A DNA stretch of 31,915 nt from an uncultured Clostridiaceae bacterium. GTDB lineage: Bacteria; Bacillota; Clostridia; Lachnospirales; Lachnospiraceae. Position 1 is the first letter of the stretch. Every line of letters begins with the position of its first letter. Where the stretch lies: contig CAMWOF010000001.1 in the NCBI GenBank assembly GCA_947175805.1, positions 1 to 31,915 of the forward strand, given 5' to 3'. Positions 25,745 through 31,915 of the stretch are shown piece by piece. The position numbers were made by a program, and so were the translations under genes. The notes beneath the pieces were generated by a model, which searched no databases, had not been told where the DNA came from, and was given only the letters and a program-made list of their open reading frames with translations.

Positions 25745-26857
25745 ATGAACCTTACGATATATGTTCTCACACATAAAAAATTTGATGTGCCTAAGGATGC
25801 AACATATCAGCCGCTGCAGGTGGGGAGTGCAGTGCATGATAATCTGGGTTATCTGCGGGATGATGCCGGAGAGAATATTTCTGCTCAGAATTGTTATTAC
25901 AGTGAATTGACCGGTTTATACTGGATATGGAAAAATGTAAAAAATGTAGATTATGTCGGAACATGCCATTATCGCCGTTACCTGATTAATGGAGAGGAAA
26001 AGGTATTTACAAAGCAGGAATATGAGAATCTTCTGAGGGAATATGATTTAATTACGACAAAGAAGGTACATTTAAATAATTCTTATCACTATGGTTTTTC
26101 TGCAAATCACAATATTGCTGCATTGGATATGACAGGAAACGTGATTCATGAGATATATCCGGAGTATTATGAGACCTTTGAAAAATTAGTTAACGGTCCG
26201 GATACTTATTTTGGCAATATGTTTGTGACTAGCAAGGCGCTCTATGATGAGTATTGTGAGTGGCTTTTTTCTATATTTTTTGAAGTGCAGAAGCGAATTG
26301 ATATGGAGATAGATGAAGACGATTACCATAAAAGAGTGTTTGGTTTTATTTCGGAATTTTTGCTTCTTGTGTGGACAACGAAAAAAGGGCTTAAGGTATG
26401 TGAATGCAAGGTTGGAATGATTGGAGAAAAGGCAGAAACCCGTGAGATGAAGGAGCGTCTTAGGGTTTATCTGAAATCACATGATATTGATGGGGCAAAG
26501 GCGTATTTTATGGAGCAGTATAAGCTTCGACCTGATGTTTTGATGGAGGCCTCGGATATTACCGGCGAGCTCCGTCTCACGATGCAGATTATAGCGACGG
26601 CGGATGCGGAGCAGCGTATCAACGGGACAAGTATTCTCGACAGTGAGGATGAGCTTTCTAAGCTGTTCCCTTTGTTTGTTTCTCTCAATCGTGCAGTCGC
26701 AAATGTTGCAAAGTACATAGAGAACGAAGAGGATTGTGCGTTTTTGCAAAACATGCCATTATCACAAGTAGCGGTGCGGGTGGCAGTGGAAATCTTCCCG
26801 GAAAAATCGTTGGACAAAAATGAACTTTTGCAGCGGCTGCTTGGTATGGGATTATAA
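25745..26857 (+). CDS. DUF4422-family glycosyltransferase with C-terminal helical extension
   Basis: IYVLTHK, DDAGENIS..N..YSELTGLYWIWKN, DYVGTCHYRRY and RVFGFISEFLL are typical DUF4422 motifs. Confidence 0.82.
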   Translation: MNLTIYVLTHKKFDVPKDATYQPLQVGSAVHDNLGYLRDDAGENISAQNCYYSELTGLYWIWKNVKNVDYVGTCHYRRYLINGEEKVFTKQEYENLLREYDLITTKKVHLNNSYHYGFSANHNIAALDMTGNVIHEIYPEYYETFEKLVNGPDTYFGNMFVTSKALYDEYCEWLFSIFFEVQKRIDMEIDEDDYHKRVFGFISEFLLLVWTTKKGLKVCECKVGMIGEKAETREMKERLRVYLKSHDIDGAKAYFMEQYKLRPDVLMEASDITGELRLTMQIIATADAEQRINGTSILDSEDELSKLFPLFVSLNRAVANVAKYIENEEDCAFLQNMPLSQVAVRVAVEIFPEKSLDKNELLQRLLGMGL

Positions 26858-26929
26858 TTTTGGCAGGCATACATACATCCGGGCCGCAGTGTAGATTATT
26901 ATGATGTAATTTTAAGGAAGGAGATAAAT

Positions 26930-27472
26930 ATGGCTACATGGAGCGGTATTAGAAATAAATTAGAAAATGATTATTTGGCTGAGAGCTTGCGTGGACATAT
27001 CCAGTATTATGCCACGTCTTACAGCCGGAGCCCGGATCATGAGGGCAGGGCAGCCATTAGATATGATGGAAAAGACATAATCAAAGGCTGTTACAATAAT
27101 TATTGGCTCAAGGCAGGTCAATTTCCCAGGGATGAGAAGTATGAAAAAAGGATGCAGATGGAATATGCATATATGGATGATACTGCATTAAAGTTAGGAG
27201 TATTTGATCAACGCTGCTTTTATAGTGCATTTGATGAATTTGACAATCAAAGTATTGAGAAGAGCCTGGCAAGTGAAAATCTGATAGTGAGAATATTTGC
27301 GGTGCTAGACAGGCGTGTCGGGAAAAGGCGATTAGCAAAAATGAAGGAGCATATCCTTCAGGAACCGGAAACTTTTCAAGAATTTTTTGCAATACGGGCA
27401 AATGCAGAAGGGATAAAACTTCAGACTGGAGACAAAAATGATATGGAGATTGTTGACGGAACAGGAAATTAA
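26930..27472 (+). CDS. Conserved hypothetical protein (resembles the SF0329-type family; family call uncertain)
   Basis: Strong RBS aaggaaggag. Motifs WSGIRNKLE..YLAESLRGHIQY..TSY....DHEGRA and NLIVRIFAVLDRRVGKRRL are recalled from a widespread uncharacterised family. Confidence 0.7.
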   Translation: MATWSGIRNKLENDYLAESLRGHIQYYATSYSRSPDHEGRAAIRYDGKDIIKGCYNNYWLKAGQFPRDEKYEKRMQMEYAYMDDTALKLGVFDQRCFYSAFDEFDNQSIEKSLASENLIVRIFAVLDRRVGKRRLAKMKEHILQEPETFQEFFAIRANAEGIKLQTGDKNDMEIVDGTGN

Positions 27473-27698
27473 TATTGTATATGAGCAGCATATGAAACGG
27501 GGTTTTCCGCCGGAGGAGCTGCCTCCGTTTCCACCGGCAATGGAGTTGATTGCGAGTGGAGAAGGATGGTTTTTCGGTATCTTTGATAAAGCGCAGGATG
27601 GCGGAATTGAAGGTGCCCATGAAATGAACAGTGATATAGATTTAGAGAATCTGGCAGCCTATATGCAGGTGTTGAAGCTAGGGGTTTGCTCATCTTAA
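27438..27698 (+). pseudogene. Truncated 5' copy of the downstream GNAT gene (86 aa)
   Basis: About 92% nt identity to 28137-28443 (20 differences in 255 aligned nt, excluding a 51-nt indel). It stops before acetyl-CoA-binding motif A. Confidence 0.85.
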
Positions 27699-27714
27699 AG
27701 GAGTAGGATGGATT

Positions 27715-28104
27715 ATGGGGGAAATGTCTTTTTTAGCATTGATTTTAGGAATCGGTTTGGGAGTGTTTGTACTAGGCTTTGGAATATATCAGCGTGTTAG
27801 CTGTAATGTGTCGGTAATTGCGAGATGTACAGGCTATCGGTCAAAATATGAAGGTCAAAAGGCTTCGTGTTATCCGATTTTTCAATACAATTATAATAGT
27901 GAAGAATATATGTCTGTTGGATATTTTAGTGCAGAGGGATTTGAAAAAAATCAGGACTATAAAATCTGGATAAATCCCCGAAAACCAAGCGTTATCTGGC
28001 ACAAAAGGGAGTTGGAAGTATATATCATGGTGATGCTCTTGTGTTTGATTTGCATTATACTTGCATTGTCAGGAGTTTGTGACCGTATGGAACTATATAT
28101 GTAG
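27715..28104 (+). CDS. DUF3592-like small membrane protein
   Basis: N- and C-terminal hydrophobic helices bracket YPIFQYNYNSEEY...YKIWINPRKP; visibly AT-richer than the core genes. Confidence 0.65.
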   Translation: MGEMSFLALILGIGLGVFVLGFGIYQRVSCNVSVIARCTGYRSKYEGQKASCYPIFQYNYNSEEYMSVGYFSAEGFEKNQDYKIWINPRKPSVIWHKRELEVYIMVMLLCLICIILALSGVCDRMELYM

Positions 28105-28136
28105 ATGAGAAAACGCAACCGGACAGGAGAAATAAA

Positions 28137-28892
28137 ATGATATGGAGATTGTTGACGGAACAGGAAATTAATATTATATATGAGCAGCATATGAAACGGG
28201 ATTTTCCACCGGAGGAGCTGCCGCCGTTTCCGCCGGCAATGGAGCTGATTGCAAGTGGAGAGGGATGGTTTTTCGGGATTTTTGATAAAGAGCAGGATGG
28301 CGGAACGGAAGGTGCCCATGAGGTGAAGCAGGATGGCGGAACGGAAGGTGCTCATGAGGTGAAGCAGGATGAGATGAACTGTGATATAGATTTAGAGGAT
28401 TTGGCAGCCTATATGCAGGTGTTGAAGCCGGAGGTTTGCTCATATGCACTGCTTAACTATTATGCGGTACTGCCGGCGTACAGAAATCAAGGGTTGGGAG
28501 AGCGGCTTTTAGGTGAATTGCAAATGCATTTGCCTAAGGTACAGGGTATTATTATAGAAGCGGAGATTCCAAAAAAGTCGGAGGATGCCGGGATTGCCCA
28601 AAGGCGTTTGGGTTTTTATGAGCGTGTCGGTGCGGTTAATACCATGTGGCAGGAGCAGGTATATGATGCATGGTACTACGTTTTGGTAAAATTATTTGCC
28701 GATGGTGGGGTTGGACAGGCATTGGATGATTTGCAGATGTGTTACCAGAGACTTTTTACAAAGCTTCAATATCAACAGGCATTTGGACTATGGGATGATA
28801 AGGGGAATGTGATTAGTGCAAGACCCAAGCATTTGAAACTGGACAGAGATAATCAGATTCAAGGTGTAATGTTAGTTGCAAAAAAGGAGTGA
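28137..28892 (+). CDS. GNAT family N-acetyltransferase
   Basis: Motif A YYAVLPAYRNQGLGERLL and RRLGFYERVG; RBS caggag. Confidence 0.88.
   Translation: MIWRLLTEQEINIIYEQHMKRDFPPEELPPFPPAMELIASGEGWFFGIFDKEQDGGTEGAHEVKQDGGTEGAHEVKQDEMNCDIDLEDLAAYMQVLKPEVCSYALLNYYAVLPAYRNQGLGERLLGELQMHLPKVQGIIIEAEIPKKSEDAGIAQRRLGFYERVGAVNTMWQEQVYDAWYYVLVKLFADGGVGQALDDLQMCYQRLFTKLQYQQAFGLWDDKGNVISARPKHLKLDRDNQIQGVMLVAKKE
28291..28371 (+). repeat. In-frame 36-bp tandem repeat (2.25 units) inside the GNAT gene
   Basis: agcaggatggcggaacggaaggtgc[c/t]catgaggtga at 28291-28326 and 28327-28362, plus agcaggatg; encodes QDGGTEGAHEVK twice. Confidence 0.92.
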
Positions 28893-28898
28893 GACAAT

Positions 28899-29657
28899 AT
28901 GAAGTTAATTTCATGGAATGTAAATGGGTTAAGAGCCTGTGTGGAGAAAGGTTTTCTGGACTTTTTTAAAGAAATAGATGCAGACATTTTTTGTGTGCAG
29001 GAGACAAAATTGCAGGAAGGACAGATTCAGCTGGAGCTGCCGGGCTACTACCAGTATTGGAATTATGCGGATAAGAAAGGGTATTCAGGCACAGCTATGT
29101 TTACGAAGAAGGAGCCGCTTAAGGTAAGCTATGGTATGCACAAGGATGAGCATAATCATGAGGGGCGTCTGATTACTGCTGAGTTTGAGCAGTTTTATAT
29201 GGTGACCTGTTATACACCCAATTCACAAAATGAGCTGGCGAGACTGCCTTACAGAATACAGTGGGAGGCAGACTTTAGGGAGTATTTGGGTGAGCTTAAG
29301 CAGAAGAAGCCTGTAATTGTAACAGGAGATTTGAATGTGGCACATCAGGAAATAGACCTTAAAAACCCAAAGACTAACCGCAAAAATGCCGGATTTACCG
29401 ATGAAGAGAGAGGGGAGTTTACAAAGCTGTTAGAGGCGGGGTTTGTGGATAGCTTCCGCTATTTTTATCCAGAGCAGGAGGGAGTGTATTCCTGGTGGTC
29501 ATATCGTTTTCAGGCAAGGGCAAAGAATGCGGGATGGCGGATAGATTATTTTTGTGTGTCGGAGGATTTGAAAGAAGCTATGCAAGACGCCAAAATTCAT
29601 ACACAGGTCATGGGCTCTGATCATTGTCCGGTGGAGCTGGACATAGATTTGCAGTAA
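28899..29657 (+). CDS. xth: Exodeoxyribonuclease III / AP endonuclease (ExoIII family)
   Basis: SWNVNGLRA, QETK, KKGYSGTA, GDLNVAH, GWRIDYF and GSDHCPV motifs. Confidence 0.97.
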   Translation: MKLISWNVNGLRACVEKGFLDFFKEIDADIFCVQETKLQEGQIQLELPGYYQYWNYADKKGYSGTAMFTKKEPLKVSYGMHKDEHNHEGRLITAEFEQFYMVTCYTPNSQNELARLPYRIQWEADFREYLGELKQKKPVIVTGDLNVAHQEIDLKNPKTNRKNAGFTDEERGEFTKLLEAGFVDSFRYFYPEQEGVYSWWSYRFQARAKNAGWRIDYFCVSEDLKEAMQDAKIHTQVMGSDHCPVELDIDLQ

Positions 29658-29698
29658 AATAACTGTTTATGACGATTGGCAGATATGAATAGGGAGAG

Positions 29699-30613
29699 GT
29701 GAAGGATATGTTATTGGGTTCTCATGTGGGGATGAGTGGTAAGGAAATGATGTTAGGCTCGGTAAAGGAAGCGATTTCTTACGGTGCAAATACATTTATG
29801 TTATATACAGGTGCGCCCCAGAATACCAAAAGAAAGCCTGTGGAGGAGCTTCGGATTCCTGAAGCGAGAGCACTGATGGAGGAACAGGGAATAGAAAGGT
29901 TTGTGGTGCACGCACCGTATATTATTAATCTGGCCAATGCGGTGAAGCCGGAAACCTTTGAAATAGCGGTGGAGACTTTGGCGAGTGAACTGGTTCGGAC
30001 GGAGAAAATGGGTTCTGATACATTGATTCTTCATCCGGGTTCTCATGTAGGTGAGGGTGTAGATGTTGGAATTGCAAAAATAATAGAGGGCTTAAATGAG
30101 GTGCTGGCAGTGCCGGGGACGGTCAATATCGCATTGGAAACCATGGCTGGTAAGGGAAGTGAGATTGGCAGGAGCTTTGAAGAGCTTGCGAGAATTTATG
30201 ATGGTGTGAAATATCCGGAGAGACTTAGAGTATGCTTTGATACCTGTCACACCCATGATGCTGGATATGATTTGGTTCATAAGTATGATGAGGTTATGGA
30301 AAGCTTTGACCATATTATAGGCAAAGAGCAGATTGCCGTATTTCATGTGAATGACAGCAAGAATCCATGCGGGGCTGGAAAGGACAGACATGAGAACTTT
30401 GGATTTGGATATATTGGTTTTGATGCATTAATGCAGGTGATTCGTGATGATGCCTTTGCTGATGTGCCTAGGATTCTGGAGACACCATATGTGCCGTCGG
30501 CGACAAAGGAGAAGGTGTCATATGCTCCTTATAAAGAAGAGATTGCAATGATCAGGAGCGGAGTATTTGACGAGGGCTTAAAGGAAAGACTGGCAAATGA
30601 CAGCGTCAGGTAG
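29699..30613 (+). CDS. nfo: Endonuclease IV (deoxyribonuclease IV)
   Basis: [42 protein letters not shown] and ILETP motifs. The true start may be the ATG at 29708. Confidence 0.97.
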   Translation: MKDMLLGSHVGMSGKEMMLGSVKEAISYGANTFMLYTGAPQNTKRKPVEELRIPEARALMEEQGIERFVVHAPYIINLANAVKPETFEIAVETLASELVRTEKMGSDTLILHPGSHVGEGVDVGIAKIIEGLNEVLAVPGTVNIALETMAGKGSEIGRSFEELARIYDGVKYPERLRVCFDTCHTHDAGYDLVHKYDEVMESFDHIIGKEQIAVFHVNDSKNPCGAGKDRHENFGFGYIGFDALMQVIRDDAFADVPRILETPYVPSATKEKVSYAPYKEEIAMIRSGVFDEGLKERLANDSVR

Positions 30614-30665
30614 TTTATCAAGGCAGACGGTTGGTTTACTATCGAAGAAATTATGAGGAGATAAA

Positions 30666-31472
30666 ATGAGAAAATTTTTAAGGTATATGATAAAATTGAT
30701 TTTATTTGTAGCAATCAGCTTATGGGCGTGCATAAGGTTTCATTTTTCCAATGCAGAGTTGTTTATATTTGCATTTTGTTTTTATATTGTATTGTGTATT
30801 GCTGAGAATATGCCGTCAGTGGTTAGACGGGAAAAGCTGCAAAGACTGGGAAATGCGCAGGGGATATATTCTGATGCATATGTTGAGAGATTGCTTAAGG
30901 TGGTGAAAAAGGAGGATAAGGCTGGCAGGGTGCCGCTTTATATTTCCCTGATTGCGGTTTATCTTGGCCGGGATGAGTTGGAAAAGGCAGAAAATATTAT
31001 TGGTGCACTGCCTATAGACTGGCCGGAACATTTTACATATAAGCTGTTGAATAAAGAGATGATGCGTATGCGGGCAGCACTATATTTTAATAATGCCATT
31101 GTCTGCTACTATCACATGGGAAATACGGAGAAAGCAGATCATTACTATCATGCGGGGAGGAAATATATTGAGGACTATCTGGAAAATGGTCAAAACAGAA
31201 CCCTGAAATCTGCCATAAAGGAAACTATGGCTTCTTATGCTGAATTACATGGAGAAGCCGAGAGGGCATTGCAGCTTTTGGAAGAAATGGAGAAAACAAA
31301 TAATCTGGAGAACTTTTGTTCCGGTGCAATTTTGCGGGCACGCATATACATAAAGCGTGGCAACACTGAGGAAGCAAGAGCATTATTGGAGAGCATTGCG
31401 GGAAAGAATGAGAATCCGCTGTTAAACCGAAAGGCAGAGGAAATGCTTGAGAGTATTCAGGCATCACATTAG
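30666..31472 (+). CDS. Membrane-anchored TPR-like helical protein
   Basis: Two N-terminal hydrophobic segments followed by helical repeats with an A/G/Y pattern (AEKADHYY, AERALQLLEE, ARALLESI); RBS gaggag. Confidence 0.7.
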   Translation: MRKFLRYMIKLILFVAISLWACIRFHFSNAELFIFAFCFYIVLCIAENMPSVVRREKLQRLGNAQGIYSDAYVERLLKVVKKEDKAGRVPLYISLIAVYLGRDELEKAENIIGALPIDWPEHFTYKLLNKEMMRMRAALYFNNAIVCYYHMGNTEKADHYYHAGRKYIEDYLENGQNRTLKSAIKETMASYAELHGEAERALQLLEEMEKTNNLENFCSGAILRARIYIKRGNTEEARALLESIAGKNENPLLNRKAEEMLESIQASH

Positions 31473-31505
31473 TTAGTGCTTTCATTTGATAAGGGAGTTA
31501 CCATA

Positions 31506-31915
31506 ATGAATAAGGGTCTTAATATAAATGACAACAAAAAACTCAAATTTCATCAACGCTTTATAGGAGACCGGGGATTTTACAAAATGGTGCTGGCAGT
31601 TGCAGTACCCATTATGCTGCAGAATGGTATTACCAATTTTGTAGGACTTCTTGACAATATTATGATTGGGCAGATTGGTACGGAGCAGATGTCCGGGGCA
31701 GCGATTGTAAATCAGCTTATTTTTGTTTATAATCTGTGCATTTTCGGGGGTGTATCCGGAGCGGGTATTTTTACTGCCCAGTTCTTTGGCCAGAAAGATA
31801 TGGAGGGAATCAGGAATACCTTCCGGTTTAAATTCTGGATGGCTTTGGTTTTGACGTCGATTACGATTGCTTTGTTTCTTGCAGCAGGTCAAGCCTTTAT
31901 TGACATGTTTTTAAG
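31506..31915 (+). CDS. MATE family efflux transporter, 3' truncated by window edge
   Basis: Manual translation from ATG 31506 (RBS aagggag): ...LAVAVPIMLQNGITNFVGLLDNIMIGQIGTEQMSGAAIVNQL...GAGIFTAQFFGQKD. It is absent from the ORF track because it has no stop in the window. Confidence 0.92.
   Translation, partial: MNKGLNINDNKKLKFHQRFIGDRGFYKMVLAVAVPIMLQNGITNFVGLLDNIMIGQIGTEQMSGAAIVNQLIFVYNLCIFGGVSGAGIFTAQFFGQKDMEGIRNTFRFKFWMALVLTSITIALFLAAGQAFIDMFL

Noticed and set aside
10971-26870. ggcaggc / gcctgcc 7-mer just after three stop codons (10971, 24961, ~26862)
   Set aside because: Too short, in mixed orientation and with no further flanking similarity; compatible with chance.
27108-28355. Two similar minus-strand ORFs (170 aa and 132 aa)
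   Set aside because: Their similarity is simply the antisense reading of the duplicated GNAT segment.
28291-28371. CRISPR array (36-bp repeats)
   Set aside because: The repeats are contiguous with no spacers, in frame within a CDS, and there are no cas genes.
27424-28443. Diversity-generating retroelement template/variable repeat pair
   Set aside because: The differences are not confined to adenines in either copy (t/g, t/c, c/t changes occur), and no reverse transcriptase is in the window.

Overview
Chromosomal window from a Clostridia-class Firmicute, most likely Lachnospiraceae (inferred from RpoB/RpoC/RplL sequence style). From left to right it holds: (1) the 3' ~9.7 kb of a giant (>3,200 aa) modular surface protein, truncated by the window edge, with repeated Ig/beta-solenoid super-modules, a ~1,080-aa array of 34 His/Cys modules resembling chained 2His-2Cys metal sites, and a basic C-terminal BspA-type LRR; (2) an SDR epimerase, a preQ1-I riboswitch-controlled yhhQ-queF operon, a voltage-gated K+ channel with tandem RCK_C domains, a small hypothetical gene and a divergent orphan FliD-like gene; (3) the core block rplJ-rplL-rpoB-rpoC with an L10 leader but without its usual rplKA and rpsL neighbours; (4) deoC, a DUF4422 glycosyltransferase, and a mosaic segment where a DUF3592-like gene sits between two diverged copies of the 5' end of a GNAT gene, followed by xth, nfo, a TPR-like membrane protein and a partial MATE transporter. 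The most notable items are the His/Cys array, a 41-bp element repeated in front of two unrelated genes, and the GNAT-flanked cassette. No tRNA, rRNA, CRISPR array, transposase or integrase was seen. All family calls come from motif recognition, not database searches.
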